From Myxococcales bacterium (GTDB taxonomy: Bacteria > Desulfobacterota > Binatia > HRBIN30): a stretch of DNA of 64,000 nucleotides. The stretch is taken from the NCBI GenBank assembly GCA_037445065.1, contig JBBILD010000008.1, positions 96,001 to 160,000 of the forward strand, written 5' to 3'. Positions 27,998 through 37,774 of this stretch are shown piece after piece. The stretch's first letter is position 1; each line of letters begins with the position of its first letter. Both the position numbers and the translations under genes were made by a program. Below the pieces are notes generated by a model. The model searched no databases. It worked only from the letters and a program-made list of their open reading frames with translations, and was not told where the DNA came from.

Positions 27998-29164
27998 TCA
28001 GCTCCCGCTCGGCGGATCGGCAAGCGTGTCCATCACCCGTCCGCTTTGGGCGTCCACCAGCTCGAAGCGGACAGTCTCGCTTACCTTGAACCGCGACTTT
28101 TGTTCCCGCAACCGGCCGATCATGCGTTCCCGGAACAGGGCGCGCATCGAGTCTCCCATTTGCTCCATGGGGAAGTCCTTCAGATACACGCGGGCGGCGA
28201 ACTCTCCCTGCCAGTCAATGCGCTGCACGCGACTCCCCATCACCGGATTTTGGCGGAACAAGCTTTCTGCCGCGGCTCGGAAGGTGCCGGCCTCGTTCTC
28301 TGAGCGACCCGTTCCGGCTTGTACCTGCTCGGGTTGTGGCGCGCCTTGTACGCGAGCCAGTACCTGATCCACTTGCTCGCGGATCCTTTGGTCCGGGGCG
28401 AGGTCCCGTGCCTTCCGGAAGGCGGCGAGAGCTTCCTCGACCTTGCCCATGCCGTGATACGCCACTCCGAGGTTGAAGTGGGCTTGGAAGAATTCAGGGT
28501 TTTTCTCGATCACACTTCGATACGTTTGAACCGCCTCGTCCTGCTTGCCACTTGCCAGCAGCATCGTGCCGTAGTCGGTACGAACCTCGGGGTCCTCTGG
28601 TTTGACTGCCAGGTAGCGCTGGTAAAAACTGATCGCGACTGCTGGTTGCTGCCGCTCGTACGCAATGTTTCCTAAAGCCCGGAGCGCATCCAGATCCTCT
28701 GGCGCCTTCGCCAAGATGTGTTGGTAGGCGGTTTCTGCTCCGTCGAGATATTCGGGCTCTAATAAACCCGCACGGTACTGCGCTTGCGCTACCTGTCGCC
28801 ACAAATCGAGGTTGTCGGGCTCTGCTTTGGCTTTGTCCCGCAATTCGGAGATTGCCTTCTTGACTTCCTCTGGAATCCGGATCGGCGGGTGGTCTTGGGG
28901 CAGCGGCGCTGCTTCAGTGGGTTTGTTGCTCAACGTCGTTTTGGGCGCTGGGAACAGGAGTCCGGAAACGACCGCGGCGCCGATCGACACGACCACGACA
29001 CCGGCCACGAACAAAGGGGCGAGTTGGGGGCTCATTCTGGGCAGGCGCCCTGCCTTGCCGCTACCACTCGGCGCCGCCTCCAGCGGCGCGCCGCACTGGA
29101 CGCAATAGCGAGCCTGCGGTCCCCGTTCGGCGCCACAGTACTGGCAGAAACGTGGTGCATGCAT
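27998..29164 (-). CDS. Zinc-ribbon / TM / TPR-repeat protein
   Basis: N-terminal CxxC...CxxC, one TM helix, 'LPQDHPP', several TPR repeats ('ALRALGNIAYE', 'AHFNLGVAY'). Confidence 0.8.
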   Translation of the reverse strand: MHAPRFCQYCGAERGPQARYCVQCGAPLEAAPSGSGKAGRLPRMSPQLAPLFVAGVVVVSIGAAVVSGLLFPAPKTTLSNKPTEAAPLPQDHPPIRIPEEVKKAISELRDKAKAEPDNLDLWRQVAQAQYRAGLLEPEYLDGAETAYQHILAKAPEDLDALRALGNIAYERQQPAVAISFYQRYLAVKPEDPEVRTDYGTMLLASGKQDEAVQTYRSVIEKNPEFFQAHFNLGVAYHGMGKVEEALAAFRKARDLAPDQRIREQVDQVLARVQGAPQPEQVQAGTGRSENEAGTFRAAAESLFRQNPVMGSRVQRIDWQGEFAARVYLKDFPMEQMGDSMRALFRERMIGRLREQKSRFKVSETVRFELVDAQSGRVMDTLADPPSGS

Positions 29165-29359
29165 TGCGTTGCACGCTAACGACCGCCCTTCGCGCGCGCA
29201 ATCATGGCTTCCTCACGGAGTCCTGGCGGTGTGTATGTGCCGCAAACGGGAGAAACTGGCCAGCTCCGTGGCGAGCTTCGACCGGGCGAGCCGAACGAGT
29301 TTTTTTCCTGAACGTGCGGGCTATACTGGCGGCATTTCCGCGAGGAGGAAACGCACTCG

Positions 29360-29917
29360 ATGGTACCCATGCGTGGACGGTGGATGGCAGTGTGGTTGTT
29401 GGCCATGAGCTTCTCTTCTTGCACCTGCGAACGTGCCTTGCCCCCTGTACCCAACGAAGAAACCACGGCTTTTCGCGAACGGGCTCGTAGCGTGACGACA
29501 GCGAGTCCATCTCCCGCCCAGGTTGCGGCAACCCCTACGCCGAAGAGCGAGGCGTTGGCAGCGGCATCGCCACCGCCAACGCCCGTGGAGCTGCCGCAGG
29601 ACTTTCCGGCCGACGTTCCTATTTACCAGGGAGCGCGCCTCGAGCAGGTGCATGAACTCCCCAACAATGCGCACAACGTGATCTTTCGCACTCCGGGCGA
29701 AGTAGACGAGATGAACCGTTTCTATCACGAGAAACTGCAGGCAGCGGGTTGGAATGTGGTACAGCAGTTCGCGCGCAAAAACCACGCGTTCATGACGTAC
29801 AAAAAGGGCAATTTGGTAGCCAACATCACCATTGCCGAGGACGCGCGTGATCCGAACAACAAGGTGATCGCAGTGATGTACGAAGAAGAGCAGCCGCTGC
29901 CATTCGAGGAGTTTTAA
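29360..29917 (+). CDS. Putative exported protein or lipoprotein of unknown function
   Basis: Signal-like N-terminus ending SSC, Pro/Ala/Thr linker, 'LPQDFPADVPIYQGA'; GAGGAGG RBS and upstream TATACT. Confidence 0.7.
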   Translation: MVPMRGRWMAVWLLAMSFSSCTCERALPPVPNEETTAFRERARSVTTASPSPAQVAATPTPKSEALAAASPPPTPVELPQDFPADVPIYQGARLEQVHELPNNAHNVIFRTPGEVDEMNRFYHEKLQAAGWNVVQQFARKNHAFMTYKKGNLVANITIAEDARDPNNKVIAVMYEEEQPLPFEEF

Positions 29918-29941
29918 AGCAGCTCGCTGTTTCTTTGCTGA

Positions 29942-30805
29942 TCAGAAGCGCAGCGTCTGCAGGAAGTCGCAAACTGCCTGTGTGAACAGGTCGTTGCGGT
30001 CGCCTGCGATCATATGGCCCGCCTCGGCCACGTCCGCGTAGCGCGCATGCGGTACTGCAGCGAGGAATTCGCGAACGCTTTCCTCCGAGATCACGTCGCT
30101 CATTCTCCCTCGCACCAGAAGGGTTGGGATTTGCAGACGGCGTGCCGCGGCTAGTAGACGCTCGGGTTGCTGCGAGGCGTCCGGGCGCCGCTCACCGAGC
30201 ACGAAGCGCGGGTCCCAGTGCCACCGATAGCGTCCATCCTCCCCCCGCCGCAGGTTTTTCTCCAGCCCAGAGAAATCCTTTGGTGGCCTTCGGTGGGGGA
30301 GGTAGGCAGCAACCGCCGCCGCGGCCTCCTCAATCGAGGAGAAACCATCCAGGTGTCCGCGCATGAAGGCGACGATACGCTGCACCCCATTCGGATCCAT
30401 GCGTGGTGCAATATCAACAAGCACGAGGGCGCGCAGGGCCCGCGGTGCCTCTTCGCCTGCAGTAAGCAGGCCGGTGATGCCACCGAGGGAAGCACCGACG
30501 AGGACGGGAGCTTGGCGCAATTGTGCGAGTACACCCAACAAGTCCGCGACAAAGGCTTGCAGCGTGTAATCTCCATCCGGGGCCCATGCACTCGCGCCGT
30601 GGCCGCGCAGGTCGAGTGAAACCGCATACCAGTTCTGCTCAGCTAAGCGCGCGGCCGTGTCGCCCCACGCGTGCCGCGTCTGTCCACCGCCAGGCAGCAA
30701 GAGTACGGGCGGGTCCTGGGGGTTTCCCCAAGCGTCGGCCTGGAGACGAAGCCCCTGGTAGCCGCGAAATTCAATCGTTTGCAGCGTGGGCACGGCCACG
30801 CTCAT
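29942..30805 (-). CDS. Alpha/beta-fold hydrolase
   Basis: 'GGGQTRHAW', 'DLRGHG', nucleophile elbow GASLG, 'AGHMIAGD'. Confidence 0.92.
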   Translation of the reverse strand: MSVAVPTLQTIEFRGYQGLRLQADAWGNPQDPPVLLLPGGGQTRHAWGDTAARLAEQNWYAVSLDLRGHGASAWAPDGDYTLQAFVADLLGVLAQLRQAPVLVGASLGGITGLLTAGEEAPRALRALVLVDIAPRMDPNGVQRIVAFMRGHLDGFSSIEEAAAAVAAYLPHRRPPKDFSGLEKNLRRGEDGRYRWHWDPRFVLGERRPDASQQPERLLAAARRLQIPTLLVRGRMSDVISEESVREFLAAVPHARYADVAEAGHMIAGDRNDLFTQAVCDFLQTLRF

Positions 30806-30926
30806 GCGCAAGTGCGGGCGCTACTGCAAGGGCGTTCGGCATGCGGTGCAGGGGGGCTGTGCCGTCTTGCGCAACGAGTTCTGTGATGGGTTTGGGCTTG
30901 GATGATGGGGGTGTGTTCTGGCTCGG

Positions 30927-32150
30927 TCAGGGAGGCCCGCCAGCGGGTAGCTCGCCGACCGCGATGCGAGCAATATGTTCGCCGATGGCAAGGGAAGCGC
31001 TCGCCGCAGGAGACGGAGCGTTGAGCACGTGGACCGCGTGCGGCCGCGCCAGCACTGCGAAATCGTCAACCAGGCTTCCGTCTGGCGCCACCGCTTGGGC
31101 GCGCACGCCGGATCCCCCCGGGATGAGATCCTCTAAGCCGATGTCTGGCACCAGTTTTTGCAGTGCGCGCCAGAACGCCCGCTTGCTGAGCGAGCGATGG
31201 AGCTCCGCTAGTCCGGTTCGCCAATGGCGGCGCACCATGCGCCGAAACCCCTTGTATGTCAGCATTTGGCCGAGCTCTCGCATGCAGACGTCACGCAGCC
31301 GGTAGCCTTCGCGTGCGAACGCCAACACCGCGTTCGGTCCGGCTTCGAAGTCCCCGGTAATCCGTTTCGTAAAGTGCACCCCAAGAAAAGGAAAGCGCGG
31401 GTCCGGAACAGGATAAATCAAGGCTCGCACCCACTGCTGGCCCGGGCGAAGCAGGTAATACTCCCCACGGAAAGGCAGGATGCGTACGGTGGGCGTCTCT
31501 CCGAGAAGCTGGGCGACACGATCAGCATACAACCCGGCACAGTTGATCACGCGGTGCGCTCGTACCTCCCGCCCAAACCTGTCCGTCAAGAGGACCGTGC
31601 CTTCCTCGATCCGCGCTGTTTCAACCTTCATTCCGAGATGGAAGCTGACTCCCTGGCGGCGCAGAACCTGCGCCAGGGTGCGAGCGACCTGGGCAAAATC
31701 GAGCACGGCGGTGAACGGAGAGTGAATAGCCCGCAACCCGCGCGCATATGGTTCGATCTCCCGTAGTTCCTCCGGACCGATCATGCGCAATCCCGGCACG
31801 CTGTTGGCCCGGCCTCGATCCATTAATTGCTCCAGGCGGGCTAGCTCGTCCTCATTGGTAGCAACAATCACCTTCCCGCAATCGTCAACGGGAATCCCCT
31901 GCTCTGCGCAAAACTCGCGCATCCGCGCCACGCCTTCGACGCACAGGCGAGCCTTCAAGGAACCCGGTTTGTAATAGATTCCGGCGTGCAGTACCCCGCT
32001 GTTGTGAGCGGTTTGATGCCTGCCCACGGCAGGCTCCTTGTCGATCACAGCGATCCGCTCCTGCGGGCGCAGTGCCCGTAGAGCGCGAGCGGTGGCCAAG
32101 CCAACGATCCCGGCACCGATGATCGCATAGTCGAATCGGTCGTCTCGCAT
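30927..32150 (-). CDS. lhgO: L-2-hydroxyglutarate oxidase
   Basis: 'GAGIVG', 'HQTAHNSGVLHAGIYY', 'PFRGEY', 'YPVPDPRFPFLGVH', 'NAPSPAAS'. Confidence 0.93.
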   Translation of the reverse strand: MRDDRFDYAIIGAGIVGLATARALRALRPQERIAVIDKEPAVGRHQTAHNSGVLHAGIYYKPGSLKARLCVEGVARMREFCAEQGIPVDDCGKVIVATNEDELARLEQLMDRGRANSVPGLRMIGPEELREIEPYARGLRAIHSPFTAVLDFAQVARTLAQVLRRQGVSFHLGMKVETARIEEGTVLLTDRFGREVRAHRVINCAGLYADRVAQLLGETPTVRILPFRGEYYLLRPGQQWVRALIYPVPDPRFPFLGVHFTKRITGDFEAGPNAVLAFAREGYRLRDVCMRELGQMLTYKGFRRMVRRHWRTGLAELHRSLSKRAFWRALQKLVPDIGLEDLIPGGSGVRAQAVAPDGSLVDDFAVLARPHAVHVLNAPSPAASASLAIGEHIARIAVGELPAGGPP

Positions 32151-32226
32151 CGGCTCGCTTCCTAGGGTTGCACCCGTTTACGCAGTGCCATGATTGCCTT
32201 GCAATGGGGCAGGAAGTGACGCCTGC

Positions 32227-33663
32227 TCACTCGTGGTAGCCCAGTGCTCGTAGCCGCTGTTGCGTGGCTTCATCCAGGGTCACAGTTGGACCAGGACGGG
32301 CCGCGCTGACCAGCGCTTCGATGGCGAGCACATGCTGATGTAAGCGCTGCATCGCCTCGGGATTTCGAGCATGTTCTTCAGCCAAGGCTTGTGCACGCAC
32401 CTGGAACAACTCCCTGCTTCGGTCGGAGTACTCCATGAGTTTCCAGCCTCCCTCGATCGCCGCCAGGCGCTGCGACGGAGCTTCTGCGTTGAGCGAGGCG
32501 CCGCTGAGCGTCGTCAGTCGGCCGCTGTAAACCGGTCTCGAGGTGGTTTGCCACAAGTGACGGCGAAGCCAGGCCCACCATCCCGCGGGCGCTCGCAAGG
32601 AGCTTCCGGCCATCGAGTCGGGCACTTTGCATCCGGCCACGTCCAGAACCGTCGGAGCTAAGTCGATCAGGGAGACTGTTTGGTGAACATCCGTCCGCGT
32701 ACGCTGGCCGGGGAAGGAGACAAACAGGGGCACGCGGATCAGTTCCTCGCGCAGTGCGTGGCCATGTCCGAGCTTGCCGTGTTCGTGGAGTTCTTCTCCA
32801 TGATCCGCGGTGACAACAACGAGTGCGCGGTTTAGCAATTGGTAGTGCGATAAGAGCGCAAAAATCCGTGCTAGGGACTCGTCAGCAGCTTTGACCTCTG
32901 CGTCGTACAGTGTAACGATTGCTTGGCGTTCCAACTCACTGGGCTCTTGCCAGCGATTTCTCGGGTCGAAGAATAAGTTGGTGATGGCAACGCGTAGCTC
33001 GTCTTGGTTGCCAGCTTGGCGGAGTACTGCGTCGAGGCTTTCCTGGGGCGGGACATAGAGGAAGTGGGTGTCCATGAGGTGCAGATACAGAAACAGTGGT
33101 TTCCCGGACGCGGCGCTCGCCCGTTTCAGCGTCTCTTCGAGTACGTGCTGCACTCGATCGGCTCGGATCTTCTGCAGTGGCTTGCCGCCGCTAATTTCGT
33201 CAGTGACCACGCGCCACTCATCGAAGCCTCGGGCAAAGCCGCTCTCCTCCCGGAGCAAGGGGTTGGCCGTGATTCCAAGCGTAAAGTAGCCTGCGGCTTG
33301 CAGGACCTCGCTGAGCGTTGCGCTGTCACTGGTCAAAACGGAGCGGAAGGAATTGACCCCATGTGCCCACGGGTACTGTGAGGTGAACATGGAGGCCACC
33401 GAGGGCAGAGTCCACGGTGAAGTTGCGTACGCTCGCCAGTACACATGAGAGCGTTGCGCAAGCTGGTCGAGAAAGGGCGTAAGGCCGGTTCCTGGGCGGT
33501 AAACACCCACTCGATCCCAGCGCAGGCTATCCGCCACGACCCACACCACATTCGGGGCCTGCTCTGCGGCGCGAGCGCATCCGCCCCCCAGGGGCATCAA
33601 CAATAACGCTGTTGCAACGCGAAGCCACCCTCCGAGCCAGCTCATCCCTTTTGCCGCTAACAT
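32227..33663 (-). CDS. Sulfatase-like (alkaline phosphatase superfamily) exported hydrolase/transferase
   Basis: 'PNVVWVVADSLRWD', 'SPWTLPSVASMFT', 'TADHGEE', C-terminal 'RLRALGY'; start uncertain. Confidence 0.85.
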   Translation of the reverse strand: MLAAKGMSWLGGWLRVATALLLMPLGGGCARAAEQAPNVVWVVADSLRWDRVGVYRPGTGLTPFLDQLAQRSHVYWRAYATSPWTLPSVASMFTSQYPWAHGVNSFRSVLTSDSATLSEVLQAAGYFTLGITANPLLREESGFARGFDEWRVVTDEISGGKPLQKIRADRVQHVLEETLKRASAASGKPLFLYLHLMDTHFLYVPPQESLDAVLRQAGNQDELRVAITNLFFDPRNRWQEPSELERQAIVTLYDAEVKAADESLARIFALLSHYQLLNRALVVVTADHGEELHEHGKLGHGHALREELIRVPLFVSFPGQRTRTDVHQTVSLIDLAPTVLDVAGCKVPDSMAGSSLRAPAGWWAWLRRHLWQTTSRPVYSGRLTTLSGASLNAEAPSQRLAAIEGGWKLMEYSDRSRELFQVRAQALAEEHARNPEAMQRLHQHVLAIEALVSAARPGPTVTLDEATQQRLRALGYHE

Positions 33664-33804
33664 CCTCGCTGGTCCCTGTGAAGCCGAAAGCGAAGCAACA
33701 GGGCAACGCGCTTGAAGTTGCAACCAGAGCGGCGCTGGGCGGAGACCACTGTTGTCCAGGGGGCAACCAGCCGTTGTTCATGAAAAACGGGGCACCAGAG
33801 GAAC

Positions 33805-33829
33805 GTGAGTTCCGCGAGGGTGAGTTCCG
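33805..33829. repeat. 10-bp direct repeat GTGAGTTCCG x2 (15-bp period) in a divergent intergenic region
   Basis: Copies at 33805-33814 and 33820-33829. Confidence 0.5.
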
Positions 33830-33931
33830 AGGCAACGCGACTCTGCAGGCTAACTCGAGCGGGTGCCTCTTTCGGTTGTGCCGCATAGGGGGTAGGTTAC
33901 AAGGAGTATCGTTGAAGGAAAGGAGAGCGCA

Positions 33932-35017
33932 ATGCTGTCAACTCTCGAGCTGCGTGCCAAGGGGCAGAGCGTTTGGCTGGATCAAATTTCCCGTTCGCTT
34001 TTGCGAACGGGCACGTTGCGCCGTTACATCGAGGAGTTCGGGGTCTCCGGCTTGACCTCGAATCCGACGATTTTCGACAACGCGATCAAAACATCGCGCG
34101 ACTACGATCCGTACATTCGGCGAGGACTGGCCGCAGGCTTGAGTGGGGAGGAGTTGTTTCTGCACTTGGCGCTGGAAGATCTGCGAGAGGCAGCAGATTT
34201 GTTGCGGCCCGAGTTCGAACGTACCAACGGAGACGACGGATGGGTGTCGCTCGAGGTGTCTCCTCTCCTGGCGTACGATGCGGAGGCGACCGTAAGCGCC
34301 GCGCAGTCGCTGTGGGAACGAGCGGAGCGGCCCAACCTCTTCATCAAAATCCCGGGTACGGAACCTGGATTACGTGCGATCGAAGAAAGCATCTTTCGAG
34401 GCGTTCCTGTCAATGTGACCCTGCTCTTTTCCGCAGAGCATTACCGGGCCGCGGCCGAGGCCTATATGCGGGGTATTGAGCGTCGGTTGGCTGCTGGCCT
34501 GGAACCGAGGGTACGCTCGGTCGCTTCGTTGTTCGTGAGTCGGTGGGACAAGGCTGTGATGGGAGCAGTGCCGGAGTCCCTGCGCAACCGCCTGGGTTAC
34601 GCCATCGCTTTGCAAACCTATCGTTCGTATCGGCAACTTTTGGCCAGTGAGCGCTGGCAGAAGCTAGCCCAGGCCGGAGCGCGGCCGCAAAAGCTTCTGT
34701 GGGCCAGCACCGGGACAAAAGACCCGCAAGCATCCGATGTTTTGTACGTGGAGATGCTCTTCGCTCCCGATACCGTCAACACCATGCCGGAGGAAACGCT
34801 GCTGGCTTTCGTAGACCATGGCCGCGTTGGAGAGCCACTGCCCGCCGATGGGAAGCCTGCGGACGACATCTTGCAGGAGTTTGCCCGGGCGGGAATCGAC
34901 GTACCGGGGCTTGCGGCGAAGCTGCAGCGCGACGGGGCGGAAGCCTTTGCCCAATCTTGGCGGAGCCTGCTGGAGCGGCTGGGAACGCGCGCAGAAGAAC
35001 TGCGGGTTGCGGTGTAA
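33932..35017 (+). CDS. tal: Transaldolase
   Basis: 'GQSVWLD', 'GLTSNPTIF', 'IKIPGT', 'VNVTLLFS', 'LLWASTGTK'. Confidence 0.96.
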   Translation: MLSTLELRAKGQSVWLDQISRSLLRTGTLRRYIEEFGVSGLTSNPTIFDNAIKTSRDYDPYIRRGLAAGLSGEELFLHLALEDLREAADLLRPEFERTNGDDGWVSLEVSPLLAYDAEATVSAAQSLWERAERPNLFIKIPGTEPGLRAIEESIFRGVPVNVTLLFSAEHYRAAAEAYMRGIERRLAAGLEPRVRSVASLFVSRWDKAVMGAVPESLRNRLGYAIALQTYRSYRQLLASERWQKLAQAGARPQKLLWASTGTKDPQASDVLYVEMLFAPDTVNTMPEETLLAFVDHGRVGEPLPADGKPADDILQEFARAGIDVPGLAAKLQRDGAEAFAQSWRSLLERLGTRAEELRVAV

Positions 35018-35053
35018 CGGTTGTTCCCTGCGGATCTCGGTCTCATGCCTGCG

Positions 35054-36694
35054 ATGCGCCTGCGAGAGCTGCCGGCGTGGCGTGCCCTGGAAGACCACCG
35101 CGAAGCCGTCGCGGATCGCCACCTTCGCGAGTGGTTTCGCTGCGATCCGGACCGTGGCCGCCGTCTGACCTTTGAGGCCGCGGGTTGGCGGGTGGATTTT
35201 TCCAAGAACCGCCTAGGGCCGGAAACTTTGGACTTGCTGGTCCGGCTTGCTGAGCAGTGCGGAGTGCCACAGCGCCGGGATGCAATGCTACGCGGGGAAC
35301 GAGTGAACTCCACAGAAAATCGCCCGGCGCTGCACGTGGCCCTGCGCATGCCGCGGTCACGCTCCCTGGTGGTGGGAAGCGAAGACGTCATTCCTCAAGT
35401 GCACGCCGTTCTCGATCAAATGTCGGATTTTGCGACCCGGGTCCGGTGCGGGGCGTGGAAGGGGGCCACGGGTAGGCGCATCCGCCGTGTTGTGCACCTC
35501 GGCATCGGCGGTTCCGATCTGGGGCCAGCAATGGTGTACGAGGCACTCCGCTTTTACGCGACTCGCGACATCGAGTTTTTCTTTGTCGCCAACATCGATA
35601 GCGCGGATTTGCACTTGGCGCTGGCAGGTGCCGACCCGGCGGAGACCCTCTTCATTGTTTCCTCCAAGACGTTCACCACCTTGGAGACGATGACCAACGC
35701 GCACAGTGCGCGGGCCTGGCTGGTGCGTGCCCTGGGTGATGAGGCGGCGATCAAGCGACACTTCGTCGCTGTTTCTACTAACACAGAGGCGGTCCGCGCC
35801 TTCGGAATCGCCCCAGAGAACATGTTCGCGTTTTGGGACTGGGTGGGTGGCCGCTTTTCGGTGGATTCTGCCATCGGTCTAGCGGTGATGATCGCGATCG
35901 GTCCGGATGCCTTTCGCGATTTTCTCGCAGGCTTTCATGCCATGGATGAGCACTTTGCCAGCGCACCGCTAGCCCGCAACCTGCCCGTGCTGCATGCACT
36001 GGTGGCGGTTTGGAACACCAATTTCCTGGGCGCGGAAAGCCTTGCGGTGATCCCGTACTCGCACTGCTTGCGGCGCTTCCCCGCTTATTTGCAGCAGCTC
36101 TTTATGGAGAGCAATGGGAAGCGGGTCACCGTACACGGGGAACCGGTTGATTACCACACCTGCCCAGTGCTTTGGGGTGAGCCCGGGACGAATGGACAGC
36201 ATTCGTTTTTTCAACTCCTACACCAAGGCACGCGCTTCGTCCCTTGTGACCTGATCGGTTTTTGCGAGCCCCAGGACGGGCGATGGGATCATCACGACGT
36301 GCTGATGGCGAACCTCATCGCCCAGGCGCAAGCTTTGGCCTTTGGGCGCACAGCCGAAGAGACTGCGGAAAGTGGGATGCCTTCGCGACTCGTGCCGCAC
36401 CGTACCTTTCCTGGAAACCGCCCAACCACCGCCCTCCTTTCCGTACGCTTGTCCCCACGAACCCTGGGCGCCTTGATCGCATTGTACGAGCACAGCGTGT
36501 TTACCCAGGGGGTGATCTGGAACATCAATTCCTTCGATCAATGGGGTGTCGAGCTAGGCAAGGAGTTGGCGCAAAAAATCGTTCCCCACCTGACCGGGGA
36601 AAGTGAGGCCTTGCTCGGTTGCGATTCGTCGACGGAGGAACTCGTCCGCTACTATCGCAGCAAGCGGCATCAGAGTGGTGGAGAAGCGGGTTGA
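35054..36694 (+). CDS. pgi: Glucose-6-phosphate isomerase
   Basis: '[12 protein letters not shown]', 'GIGGSDLG', 'SSKTFTT', 'WDWVGGRFS', '[10 protein letters not shown]'; start uncertain (35021-35054). Confidence 0.96.
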   Translation: MRLRELPAWRALEDHREAVADRHLREWFRCDPDRGRRLTFEAAGWRVDFSKNRLGPETLDLLVRLAEQCGVPQRRDAMLRGERVNSTENRPALHVALRMPRSRSLVVGSEDVIPQVHAVLDQMSDFATRVRCGAWKGATGRRIRRVVHLGIGGSDLGPAMVYEALRFYATRDIEFFFVANIDSADLHLALAGADPAETLFIVSSKTFTTLETMTNAHSARAWLVRALGDEAAIKRHFVAVSTNTEAVRAFGIAPENMFAFWDWVGGRFSVDSAIGLAVMIAIGPDAFRDFLAGFHAMDEHFASAPLARNLPVLHALVAVWNTNFLGAESLAVIPYSHCLRRFPAYLQQLFMESNGKRVTVHGEPVDYHTCPVLWGEPGTNGQHSFFQLLHQGTRFVPCDLIGFCEPQDGRWDHHDVLMANLIAQAQALAFGRTAEETAESGMPSRLVPHRTFPGNRPTTALLSVRLSPRTLGALIALYEHSVFTQGVIWNINSFDQWGVELGKELAQKIVPHLTGESEALLGCDSSTEELVRYYRSKRHQSGGEAG

Positions 36695-36754
36695 GAAGCC
36701 CACCAAGAAAAGCGGTTTTGCAGTTCGGCAAAGGCGGCCGGAACGGAGGATGAA

Positions 36755-37774
36755 ATGCAAGTGGGCATGATTGGGTTAGGAAGGATGGGGGCAAATATGG
36801 TGCGACGGCTCCTGCGCTCCGGACACGAGTGCGTGGTGTACAATCGGAGTGCGCCGCCAGTCGAGGAACTCGTCCGCGAGGGTGCCCGCGGTGCAAAATC
36901 GCTGGCTGATTTTGCCGACCAATTGCGACCACCGCGTACCGTGTGGCTGATGTTGCCAGTCGCAGTGGTGGACGAGGTGATGGATCAACTGGTTCCTTTG
37001 CTGACCCCGGGGGACGTGATCGTGGATGGCGGGAACACGTATTTCCGCCTCGACATTGAGCGCGCCAGCCGGCTTGCTCCGTTGGGAATCCATTACGTGG
37101 ATTGTGGAGTGAGCGGTGGCGTGTGGGGACTGGAGCGGGGATACTGCCTAATGATCGGGGGAGAGCGGGAAATCGTGCAGCGTCTCGACCCCGTGTTCCG
37201 CAGCCTCGCTCCCGGATCCGCCAGCGTTCCTCCCACGCCAGGGCGCCGCGCGCCGAGTACCGCAGAGGTGGGTTACCTGCATTGTGGCCCACACGGTGCT
37301 GGGCATTTCGTGAAAATGGTTCACAACGGGATCGAGTACGGGCTGATGGCCGCGTACGCGGAGGGTTTCAATATTCTGCGCCATGCTGCCGTGGGCGCTG
37401 AGCCGCGTGCCAAAGACGCGGAAACGGCTCCGGTCACCGATCCGCGCGCCTACCGCTACGAGTTGCCGTTGGCCGACATCGCCGAACTTTGGCGTCGCGG
37501 CAGTGTGATCAGCTCGTGGCTTTTGGACTTGAGCGCCCGCGCTCTCGCTCGCGACCCGAAGCTCGCCGCTTTTCGCGGCGCGGTGGCTGACTCTGGAGAG
37601 GGCCGCTGGACGGTGCAAACGGCGGTGGAACAGGGTGTACCGGCACACGTCCTCAGCGCTGCGCTATTTGCTCGCTTCTCCTCACGAGGCCACGCGGATT
37701 TTGCCCAGCGACTGCTCTCCGCTCTGCGTTTCGAATTTGGCGGGCACCGCGAGGCAAGCGGAGAGGGGCAGTGA
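36755..37774 (+). CDS. gnd: 6-phosphogluconate dehydrogenase (decarboxylating, short form)
   Basis: 'GLGRMG', 'VDGGN', 'GHFVKMVHNGIEYG', 'DSGEGRWT'. Confidence 0.95.
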   Translation: MQVGMIGLGRMGANMVRRLLRSGHECVVYNRSAPPVEELVREGARGAKSLADFADQLRPPRTVWLMLPVAVVDEVMDQLVPLLTPGDVIVDGGNTYFRLDIERASRLAPLGIHYVDCGVSGGVWGLERGYCLMIGGEREIVQRLDPVFRSLAPGSASVPPTPGRRAPSTAEVGYLHCGPHGAGHFVKMVHNGIEYGLMAAYAEGFNILRHAAVGAEPRAKDAETAPVTDPRAYRYELPLADIAELWRRGSVISSWLLDLSARALARDPKLAAFRGAVADSGEGRWTVQTAVEQGVPAHVLSAALFARFSSRGHADFAQRLLSALRFEFGGHREASGEGQ

